Shown one piece after another: positions 20,740 to 30,408 of a stretch of 64,000 nt of DNA (positions are counted from its first letter, which is position 1; each line of letters starts with the position of its first letter). The translations under genes were made by a program, and so were the position numbers. The stretch is from assembly GCA_963804165.1 (NCBI GenBank), contig CAWDPO010000002.1, forward strand, positions 128,001 to 192,000, read 5' to 3'. The notes beneath the pieces were generated by a model. It saw only the letters and a list, made by a program, of their open reading frames with translations, was not told the origin of the DNA and searched no databases. Source of the DNA: an uncultured delta proteobacterium. Lineage in GTDB: Bacteria; Desulfobacterota; Binatia; UBA9968.

Positions 20740-21825
20740 CTACTTCGCGCGATACAGCCCGAACACCTGGTGGTAGAGATCTGTGAGTTCCTGAGTCTTA
20801 AGGGTCTTAACGTTGGGTGTCAAAAAAATAAATTCCTTTTGCAGGAGCTCCTGCAGCCACGGCAAATGCTTAACCCCTTTTCTAACCGCGATCCGTCCGG
20901 TCAAATCCGACATCTTGCTCTGTCCCTCCTGCGACAGTAGCCAGTCGTAGAAAAGGACCCCCGCGTGCGGGTGAGGCGAATGCTGCATCAGCGCCAACAA
21001 ATCGGGCTCCGCGCCATAGGGATCGAATAGGCGGAAGTCGATGGGCGCTCCCTTCGATTTGAACTCGGCGACGCGCCGCCCGCGCGCCGCGACGGCGATC
21101 GACGACTCGCCGCCGAGCAATAATTGCACGCGCATCACACTACTCGATCCGGGCATGTGGAGGTCCTGTTTTGCCAGCGCCCTCATGTATTCGAGTCCTT
21201 TGTCCTTGCCCATTCGATCCAACACGACACCGAACCACTCATAGTCTTCGGTGCCGAGACTCATCTTCCCTCTCCACTTGGCTTGCAACAGATCCTGATA
21301 GGTCTTCGGTGCGTCCTGCTGCGAAACCAGCTTTGTGTTGAATGCGAGAACGATCGGCGTCACGTCGAACGCGGTCCAGTAGCCGTCTGGATCGAAAGCT
21401 CCTTTGAACAGCGCGTTCCTCTCCGGCGAATAATACACTGTCGCCAACTGCAGCTGTCGTAACTGTGAGGTTTCGACTGGGGCCGAGCCAATGACGTCAA
21501 CCGCATGACGACCCGCTTTGGCTTCCGTATCGGCGCGCCGGACGACACCGGAAGGCGTCGAGCGAAAAGCATTGGTCTTGATAAAGGGATACGCTTGCTC
21601 GAAGGCGCTCAATATCTTTGGATAGTCGGTTAAGCTTACCGACGTATAAAGAACGACTTGACCTTCGCGCTTGGCCCCTTCTTCCAGCATAGTCCGACGC
21701 TGCGCTGGCGGCAGACTTTGAATTTTTTTCAGAACTTCGCCGACGGTCGCAGCATTACCGGAGACCACAGCAAAGAGTTGGGAAAGTCCACACAACAAGA
21801 CGCTAGAAAACAGCCGAAACCTCAT
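20740..21825 (-). CDS. extracellular solute-binding protein (Fe3+/ABC cluster-D type)
   Basis: Signal peptide; AKREGQVVLYTS, FNTKLV...PKTYQDLL...WRGK, PHPHAGVLFYDWLLSQEGQ. Confidence 0.87.
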   Translation of the reverse strand: MRFRLFSSVLLCGLSQLFAVVSGNAATVGEVLKKIQSLPPAQRRTMLEEGAKREGQVVLYTSVSLTDYPKILSAFEQAYPFIKTNAFRSTPSGVVRRADTEAKAGRHAVDVIGSAPVETSQLRQLQLATVYYSPERNALFKGAFDPDGYWTAFDVTPIVLAFNTKLVSQQDAPKTYQDLLQAKWRGKMSLGTEDYEWFGVVLDRMGKDKGLEYMRALAKQDLHMPGSSSVMRVQLLLGGESSIAVAARGRRVAEFKSKGAPIDFRLFDPYGAEPDLLALMQHSPHPHAGVLFYDWLLSQEGQSKMSDLTGRIAVRKGVKHLPWLQELLQKEFIFLTPNVKTLKTQELTDLYHQVFGLYRAK

Positions 21826-22245
21826 GCGCTCTTTCTCTCGCTTGTTCGCATTCTCTGCTTCAGAAATCCGCTTGAGCATTCGTTACCTCTTCGCGTCATC
21901 CTTGCCTGAATTGATCTGCTTTCCGATAACATGCCGGATGATTCCGACGCAACATGTCGACGTCGTTTCTGCATCAACTTCCTCATCCGCCCAGGCGAGA
22001 TCATTGACGCAGGCTCTGTAGAACGCCGAGTGACCGCTCGGTCGAATTCTACACCACGCGCTACGAATTCTTGACTTGTGCTTTCAGCATCGAGTACGCT
22101 CACGCTCAGTTCGGTGGTCGAGATTGTTCAACCCGAACGAGCAGTGCGGGCTGAAACGTCGACATCGCAGATATCACCGATTGGTCCTTTGCTAAAAAAG
22201 CCAACGAACAGTTGAAACGATAAATACATTAAATGGAGGTGGACA

Positions 22246-22650
22246 ATGGCTCGAATTCGCCACATCGCGATCGGCACGCGGGATCCGGAAGCAACCGCGC
22301 GGTTTTATATCGAGGGTCTCGGCTTGAAACAAGTCGGTAAGGTCAGCACGCCAACTTCTGAGGGTTATTACTTGAGCGACGGCCACGTAAACCTCGCGAT
22401 CCTGAAGTTCAAGTACGACGACCCAGCGACAACAGAGGGCGCGCCCAAGTACACCGGCCTGCACCACTTCGGCGTTGAAGTCGAAGACATGGCTGAATCA
22501 CGGGCGCGCATCGAAAAAGCCGGTGCCGTGCATCGTCCTTACCCGGGAACCGATGAGATGGCGAAGCGCGGCAACGTCGAGGTCAAGTTTACGGTGCCGG
22601 ACGGCGTGACCGTTGACCTATCCGAGCACGGCTGGCTCGGGACCAAGTAA
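22246..22650 (+). CDS. VOC/glyoxalase family protein
   Basis: IRHIAI, LSDGHVNLA, GLHHFG, EVKF..PDG; GGAGG RBS. Confidence 0.9.
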   Translation: MARIRHIAIGTRDPEATARFYIEGLGLKQVGKVSTPTSEGYYLSDGHVNLAILKFKYDDPATTEGAPKYTGLHHFGVEVEDMAESRARIEKAGAVHRPYPGTDEMAKRGNVEVKFTVPDGVTVDLSEHGWLGTK

Positions 22651-22856
22651 TCAGCTGCCCCTGCAGCCAAGTCCTCCCAAAGTCGTTGCGCGGATCAAAT
22701 AAAGAAACTTCGCAGCGCCGAACGACAACACGAGCGGGAGATTAACCGTCTACGCTGGAACAATTTCCCGCGTACAATGTTGGGAGCGCCGTCGCCCTGG
22801 CCTGTCCCGGCGAATCACCAACAACATTGTCGAATCATCACGAAAGGAATAACAAC

Positions 22857-23879
22857 ATGCCGCCACAACGCTACAACTCGGCGATCCAACGCGTAAAAGG
22901 TTTTCTCGAATTGGCCTCGGCGCTATACGACACATCGTTATCGCACCAAACTCAAAGGGCGGCCGAAGGCGTACTCCAAACGGATTCGCGCCTCGGCTAT
23001 TATCTGCAGCTCTCCTTGCTGCCGCGCGGCAAACAAGAAAAATGCATTTCACTCTCCTTTGCGGCGGACAGCTTTCGCGAGCTCAAGCTTCTGGCGCAAG
23101 GGAAAGTGTCCGTGGCGTGGATCAATCCGTCGGCCTCGGCGACGCTTGCTTACAGAGGGACAGGACCGCTTCGCGGTCGAATTCCGCTAAGGACAATTGC
23201 GGTTTTTCCTTCCTGGGACGTGGTGGGCTTTGCCGTTCACGAATCAACGGGGATTACATCGCTAGAGCAAATCAAGAAAGAGCGGCTTCCAATCAAGCTT
23301 TCCACCGGGCCGGCGAGCGCGAGCGACTTGGTGGAAAGCCCGGTGACCTTCATGATCAGCGCGGCTATGAAGGCGGCCGGTTTCACGTTCGCAGATATCC
23401 GCAAGTGGGGTGGAAAGATTCAAGAGGTGTCGCGGCCGAGCCATCCCGACCGCCGCGCTTCTGTGGAGAATGGCAGCGTAAACGCGGTCTTCGACGAAGG
23501 TATCAAGAGCTGGGGCCAATCCGTGCTCGATCACGGCTTTCGCTATCTCCCCATCGAGGGATCGATGCTGCGAAAACTAAAAGCCCTGGGTTACCGCCCC
23601 GGAGTGGTACCGCACACCCAATTCAAAGGTCTCGCCGCCGATGTGCCCACTATCGACTTTAGCGGCTGGCCCATGGCCGTGCGCGCGGACATGCCGAACG
23701 ATATCGCCTATGCGCTGTGTGAGGCCATCGAACTGCGCCGCGCAGCGATTCCGACCGACAACTTCCGCCCCCTCGACATCGCTGACCTCTGCGCCAACGG
23801 GCCGGAAGCGCCCTACGACGTCCCTCTTCATCCAGGAGCAATAAGGTTTTATCGGGAGCGAGGTTATCTGAAAAAATAA
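22857..23879 (+). CDS. TAXI-family TRAP solute-binding-like protein
   Basis: FAVHESTGITSLE, VRADMPNDIAY, VPLHPGAIRFYRERG; no signal peptide. Confidence 0.82.
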   Translation: MPPQRYNSAIQRVKGFLELASALYDTSLSHQTQRAAEGVLQTDSRLGYYLQLSLLPRGKQEKCISLSFAADSFRELKLLAQGKVSVAWINPSASATLAYRGTGPLRGRIPLRTIAVFPSWDVVGFAVHESTGITSLEQIKKERLPIKLSTGPASASDLVESPVTFMISAAMKAAGFTFADIRKWGGKIQEVSRPSHPDRRASVENGSVNAVFDEGIKSWGQSVLDHGFRYLPIEGSMLRKLKALGYRPGVVPHTQFKGLAADVPTIDFSGWPMAVRADMPNDIAYALCEAIELRRAAIPTDNFRPLDIADLCANGPEAPYDVPLHPGAIRFYRERGYLKK

Positions 23880-24074
23880 GGCAGGAAAGGCGGTGTCATG
23901 AATCTCATCGAGCGCGGATCTGTCGGGTGACTAAGCGAATGCGACTGGGTCGGGTAAAATAGTGCATGACCGCATCGAATACCACAAAACTGATAACTCG
24001 TTCGCATGGAGATATGACCGATTTCACGAACTCAACAGTGAACAATGGGATTGGTATGCCCCACCCCGCCGAAT

Positions 24075-24388
24075 CTCATCTTCCCTCCTGGCTAGCTCGA
24101 CGATCCGTTTGGCCGCCTTCTCCTTGATATCGCGTTTTCAGCGCCGTCCGCGGTTGTCGTGAACCACGCCCATTAGCTCCGGCTCTCTTCACCTTCGCTT
24201 TGATCTGGTAACACTGCCGCTCGCTGATCCCCAAATAGCACAGCTGCCCTGCCCATCGTCAGCTCGTCTCGAAACACTCTTTGAATGATCTCTATCCGCT
24301 TCTCGTCTTGCATCGTCAGGGTTGTCATCGCCAAACCCTGACATAATTACGTTGCCGTTATCCCCTGTCAGAATCACTTTGCTATACA
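24075..24388 (-). mobile_element. truncated ISNCY/IS1202-type (IS481-related) insertion sequence: left end plus transposase N-terminus
   Basis: From ATG 24328: MTTLTMQDEKRIEIIQRVF...GISERQCYQIK...GVVHDNRGR (HTH plus HGNRGR-like motif) with frameshifts and a stop; end reads TGTATAGCAAAGTGATTCTGACAG. Confidence 0.75.
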
Positions 24389-24689
24389 TAATGGTAAATA
24401 AACAGTTGACATTTTTGTCATAATTGTGCACTTAATGCGTCCGATTATCAGCCGGTCCAAAGTTGAATTGCATTATCTCCAATGAACGTCTTCTTCGACG
24501 GCTTGCAGCCGAACGCCGGCAGCTTGATTGCACTGTCAAGAGCCAAAGATAAAAATTAACAAACCCGATAATGACCGCATGGTTGAGAAACCCGTGTAGA
24601 AAATAGTTGGCAAGATCAAACACAGTAGAGGGTGCAAGAGGAAATAGATGTAACGCCCTATATCCCAAGGCTCACCGGGGGAAGTGTGT

Positions 24690-26235
24690 ATGGCCACCAA
24701 AGCGTTGAACCTATCGAACATTCAAGGAAACATAATCGGGGGCTTCAACAAGGATTTTCAAGACTTTTTGTTTCTACAATTTGCAGGAGCCGGCCATGCG
24801 CGAGCTTGGATCCGTGAAATCTTGAATCCAAAGTTTTCTCCTGGGCTCGCAAACTCAACCAGTCGGAACGTCCTAAAATTCAACGCTCAGTTCAAGGCGC
24901 TACGTGCCGAGGGTATCGAACCGGAAACGGTGATCACCTCTGAATGGACACACCTCGCAATTTCCTTTCTTGGCTTCAAGGCGCTGGGAATCTCCGCTAG
25001 ATCGCTGGCTCGTTTTCCGCGAGCCTTTCGCGCCGGCATGGCCGACCGGAAAAAGATCCTGGGGGACTTGGGTGCAAACGATCCAAAAAATTGGCTGCCG
25101 GCGTTCCAAGCGGGCAATATCCATGCCCTCTTAATCGTGGCCGCCGATAGCGAGGCGCAACTCAACCTCCGAGTTGATGCCTTGCAGAACTCTAGAATTT
25201 TCAAGAACGGAGTCAGAGTGCTCTATCAGGAACATGGCAGAACTCGCGAAGACGAACGCGGGCATGAGCACTTTGGGTTCAAGGACGGTGTATCCCAACC
25301 GGGAATTCGTGGGGTCACGCAGCCAACAGATCCTCTTGGCAATCCCCATTGCGGCCAACCGGGTCAGTCTTTGGTGTGGCCAGGAGAGTTCGTCCTCGGC
25401 TATCCGACGCAGAAACCCAAGCACAAGCCTGGAGTTGATGGCCCCAATCCAGATCCCGGGCCGCTCAGCAGATCGGGCCCCTCCCGGTGGACTACAGACG
25501 GTTCGTATCTGGTATTGCGCCGTTTGCGCAAGATGTGCTCGGATTTCGCAAACAACTAAATGACCTTGCGGAGCCAATGGTCTCACCGAAGATCTGATGG
25601 GCGCAAAACTTATGGGACGCTATAAAAGCGGCTACCCATTGATGCAGCGGGAATTTCATCGTCAATCAGCCATTCCGCCGGGCGCCGATCCAGGGAAGGT
25701 TCTTCCCGCGCTCAACAAGAGTGAAACGCTGAATAACAACTTTAGATTTGCCAATGATCCAAGCGGAGATGTGTGTCCCTTCGCGGCTCATATTCGGAAG
25801 GCGAATCCCCGTGATGAAATTATTTCAGACAATCCAGCGGACAGTGAAAGCCAGGTGCAAACCCACCGGATTTTGAGGCGCGGTATCCCCTTTGGCGCAT
25901 CTCTAGGCGCGCTGCGCGGCGGAGATGCTAATGATCAGCGAGGCCTCCTCTTCGTGTGTTTTCAGAAAGACATACAAAGGCAATACGAGTACGTGCAAAC
26001 CCAATGGATCAATAACATCAACTTTCCTCCGTCTGCTGCTGATGTAACGCCTGGTCCGGACCCAATTGTCGCGATGACTCATGGTGGACGATTTCATCTG
26101 GAGTCAAACAAATCGGCCGTTCACATTCAAAATTATGTCAAAATGACCGGCGGGGAGTATTTTTTTTCTCCGTCGTTGAAGACACTAAAAAAATCGGTCA
26201 ACATAAGATTTAAGGCGCGTCGGAACATCGCATAG
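24690..26235 (+). CDS. Dyp-type heme peroxidase (frameshifted near 25530-25580)
   Basis: NIQGNI, EHFGFKDGVSQP (GxxDG), GSYLVLRRL, CPFAAHIRKANPR, HRILRRG, GGEYFFSPS. Confidence 0.92.
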
Positions 26236-26331
26236 CAAAAAACTTATGCATTGGCTAAGTGCGAATTGGCCGGAATCAGTTCTAAAGTTTCTCTTGAGAG
26301 TGAAACAAATCTAAATAAGGAGGCAAAGGTC

Positions 26332-26631
26332 ATGGTCAAAGCAAAGGCTAAGAAATATTCTAAAAACGGACCACCGCGAAGGCCGAGAGGCAATGGGAAC
26401 GACGATCCGACCGAAGCCGTATTTCGCGTCGATTTAGAGACCGGAAAAATGCGCATTACCGACCAGAGGGGTGATGAGATCGTAGAGGACCCGGTCACTC
26501 CAGAAAAAGTCACCAAGTATGGGATCACTGAATGGGTGCCCTTGGGGCAGTTATTTTACGCAAAGTGCAATATTAAGCACGGCGGCTGCACCATAAGAAT
26601 AATCAACAACAGAGAAGTGTTAGTTTGGTAA
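26332..26631 (+). CDS. small hypothetical protein (99 aa)
   Basis: AAGGAGG RBS; basic N-terminus; C-terminal YAKCNIKHGGCTIRIINNREVLVW. Confidence 0.7.
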   Translation: MVKAKAKKYSKNGPPRRPRGNGNDDPTEAVFRVDLETGKMRITDQRGDEIVEDPVTPEKVTKYGITEWVPLGQLFYAKCNIKHGGCTIRIINNREVLVW

Positions 26632-26709
26632 GCCTCCTGGGCAGAAGCTAACTCGATCAGCCCAGCAGCTATTCCCACACGCGATCTCGGCCACACAACT
26701 GCAGCGGGC

Positions 26710-29700
26710 TCACGGTAGAGCCAAGCTGATGCGGCCGAAAATTGTCCTGGTTGGCTGAATCCGCGGGTTTTTGAAATCCAAGTCGAAATAGTTGAACTTT
26801 TTGTCCAACAAATTAGTTGCACCAATGGTGACAAATCCATAGCGCATCGGCAAGCGCCAATTCAGGGCAAGGTCCAGTGTCCAAAAATCATCGCTGCCGT
26901 TGCGCGAGACTCCGGCTACTTTGAGATTGAATTTTCCGTTTTGATGATAGTAGGTAGGCTGCAAGACAGCGCTCAGGCCTGAAGAGTGAAAAAAGTTCAA
27001 TCCCAGTGGCACTCGATGGGTATTTAGGCGAGCCGGAAAACTAGTCGTGCCTTCTCTGGTGAAATGTTCAAACTGATATTCGGTGCGTAGCGCAAACCAG
27101 GGATGTGGCGTCCAAAAGAAATAGACCCGACTCTGTTGTTCCTCTGCGTCCTGCATTTCCTCCACGAGCTGGCCGTTGTTGTTCAATCTCGTCAACGGCA
27201 CCTTTAGGTTTCTTCCTGAATATTCGATCCCGCCAAAGACTTCCTTGGTAAACTTTTGATCCACAGCGACTCCATAGCGCCACGCCTCGGTTCCATTGAT
27301 ATCATCGAAGAATTGATTGAACCCGGCGACTTGGGTGGGCTCAAGGGTTTGATCGGTTATCAATGTTCGCTTTAGCACGCGAAATGCCGCACCGCGAACA
27401 GTGGTATCGACCCATGGGTTCCAGACAATGCCGAACTTCGGATTGAATTGATCCTTGGATTCGAAATTGCCACCCCTCGTATCGACAAAATCGCCACTGG
27501 CGCCCAGCGTTACAGTCAATGCCTTTGTCGGACTCCAATGGAGATAGTTGTACAAGTTTACATGTTTTTGATCGTCGCTCTCGCCGGGAAAGGCAAGGAT
27601 GTCATCGGGCGGCGGGAGCGGTAACCCGATTGTCGTGAAAAACCGGCCGTTGATCTTCGCATAGCCAAAACCCGAGACGACGTTAAAGTATGTTGAGCGA
27701 TATAGATGCTGAGCTTCCCCCTGAAATAAGTCTTGCGGGTTCTTGAAATCTTGAAAGGTAAACAACGGTAGTAACTGATCGTCTTTCTGAGTAAATCTTG
27801 AGTGTTGAAAAATGAACGAGCCGAGCAATGTCGAATTCGATGTCAACGCGTGCCGGATCCCGAAGCGGGCCGTTTGGCGTTCTTCCCGATTGACTTCCCC
27901 AGGAAAAAAATCGTCGGGAAAAAATCGCAGTCTATTGTCGCCATATACCAGGCTTCGGTAACGATACTCCCCTTGAATGCTTGTGCTAGACGATAGTTCC
28001 GCTTGCACGAATGCATTGCCGATTGAATCTCGCTGGCCGATATTTTTGCGAAAACCATCAGTCTGAAAATGAAACCCCCCTAGGCTAAAGGAGGTCTTCT
28101 TATAAATTCCCGATAAGACTCCTTCCCCCGCGTAAGTGTTATTTTCGCCGGCCAGGCCGGTCGTCTGGAAATTAATCCCATTCCGATTAAACAGCGGATT
28201 AAACTCATTGAACGAGAAAACCGCCGGACCGGCGCTTCAATCAAGAGCAGATCGCTCTCAGCCAACCGCGGCTGAATCGGCGTCATGTTCAATGGCTGGA
28301 GCAATTGCGACTGCAATAGTTCGCTCACCCGGGCGATCTCGTGGCGTGGCAAAACCGAATAAGAGTCCGCAAGAAATCTGTGGGCGGAAAAATTCGTTGG
28401 ATCGGTATTGACCGACTTCCATCCTTCGACCAGCGCAAGCTGCTGAAACCCAAGATCGCTGTAGATTCGACCCAGGCTGGCGCTTCGTGCCGCGAGATCG
28501 GAATCGAGTTGAAGACTTGAGCGGTAGACTGCCCGATTGTCGTTTAACTCGATTGCTTTTTGTATGTCATGCAAAGCCTCGACCGGGCGGTTGGTGGTTT
28601 GCTTCGCAATAGCATCGTAGAACCAGGGTGTGGGATCCTTCGGGTCCAGTTCCTTGGCAATGGCATACTCGCGCTCGTCCCTTGGGCCGCGCTTCTCTTC
28701 AAAATAGGCTTTGCCCAAATAACTTCGGACGATCGAGTTGTTCGGGTCCAGGCTGGCAGCAATTTCAATCTCCCGTCTACCCTCCTGCAAATCACCCTCT
28801 CGGATCTTTGCTAGTCCCAGACCCAGCCTCGGGAGGTAATCGGCTTGGTCAAACTCAATCGCTTTTTCGAAGGCAGCCTTGGCCTCCGTGGTGTTGACCT
28901 GTGTCAGATAAGCGAATCCGAGGACCGTCCGCGTTCTCGACAGGTTTGGATCCAGAGCGACCGCCTTTTTGGCCGCTTCAAGGGCTTCGTCCAGATCGGC
29001 GAATGACATGTGGAGCTCCGCTAACCGCGCCCAAGCCAGGGTGTTTTCCGGGTTTGCTTGTACCGCCTGTTGCAAGCTGGTCCGCGCGCCTTCGAGATCG
29101 AAATTCGCCTGCTGACCGTAGGATAAAGCGATCAGCGCTGACGCGGATTTTGGGTCGCCTTAACGGCCTTCTGCGCGAGTGCAAGCGCTTTTTCCTTGTC
29201 GTTTTGGACAACGGCAATTATCGATTGGAGTGCGATGGCATCGCTGTATTTTGGATCTAAACTCAGTGCCCGCTCAAGATCCGGACCTGCTTCATCGACG
29301 CGCCCTACGGCAAGCAGCAAAGAGGCGCGGTAGGCAAAAAACCGTGGTTCCCGGAGATCGTTAGGCACACCTTTGATGGCCTCAAAGGCCCCCTGAAAAT
29401 CACCCTTCATGTAAGACTCAAGAGAGTTTCGCACCATCCCCTGCCAACCGGGCCCGGCTGGAAATTCCTCCGGGCGTAAATAGAGGGCGGGCGGATAGTA
29501 TAAGGCCCATTGAACTGCATCCCGGGGACGCACAACGGTGCGCAATACGGGAGCTTGTCCTCTTTCGGCTACAGCCGACTGACCATCGGTCAGCGTCACG
29601 CTCCCAGCTTGGTTCGAAGCCAACACCATACCCTCAAAAATCGTTATCAAGGCTCTGTCGGCCTCGACCTGAACCAAGCCCTCGGTTCCCTCCACACCAG

Positions 29701-30094
29701 CGTTGACGAACGCGGTGATGATCTCCAAATTGCGCGGCAGGCGGCTGAAAAAGTAGAGAGCGCCGCGGACCAGCTCGATGAGGGAGGTTCTCTCTTCTCT
29801 CACTCCTCCGAGAGTGATCGTGGTGTCTTGGTTCAGGCGGAGAACGGGTTGATTGACCAACGCAACATCAGCCCGGCTTCTCTCGCCAACCTGAATCCTA
29901 TCTCCTGGGCAATAGCCGTCGTTTAGTCGGGCCGGCTGCCATTGGGTCTGGCCCGCCCGACGAACTTCGACGCTCCCTTGAACAGAGACTAACTTGGCTA
30001 CAGGGGGATCGCAGGTCGTCGCCGCGAAGGACGGAATCGATGACAATAAACTAAGACTCGCGCAGAGCACCGCAATCCGTCGTATTCTGTTCAT
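26710..30094 (-). CDS. FecR domain + TPR + TonB-receptor-like beta-barrel outer-membrane protein (NsrA-like), split by frameshifts
   Basis: Signal peptide and FecR motif (GDRIQVG...AGVEGTE) in 29132..30094; TPRs in 28080..29075; barrel features NPKFGIVW, GFNQFFDD, TIGATNLLDK, PTRTIFGRISL in 26710..28008. Confidence 0.85.
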
Positions 30095-30408
30095 ACTATC
30101 AACTCCCGTTCTCCCTAGTCCTCTACAGGGAGCGTGTCGGAAATCGCCGTGGCCCTTCGACAGCGTCGAGGCAAACGACTAACCTGTTGAATCTCGATCT
30201 TGTGGCGTCTTTTCGTCGGCAGCTTGTCGAACAATGAATAGACTTTTGACATAGTCTGAGGAGAGAGTGCGAATGCGTTCGGGACGCATCGTTCGGGAGG
30301 AAGGTTTCCTTCGATAATTGATTATTGAAGAATCGGCTTTATGCGTGATTTATCTCCGCCCGTCATCAATCATCGACGTATATATCACAGGAATAGTCAG
30401 AATGGTTA

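Noticed and set aside
24378-24410. dif/Xer site beside the IS1202-type end
   Set aside because: cataat is present but no XerD arm (TTATGTTAAAT) follows
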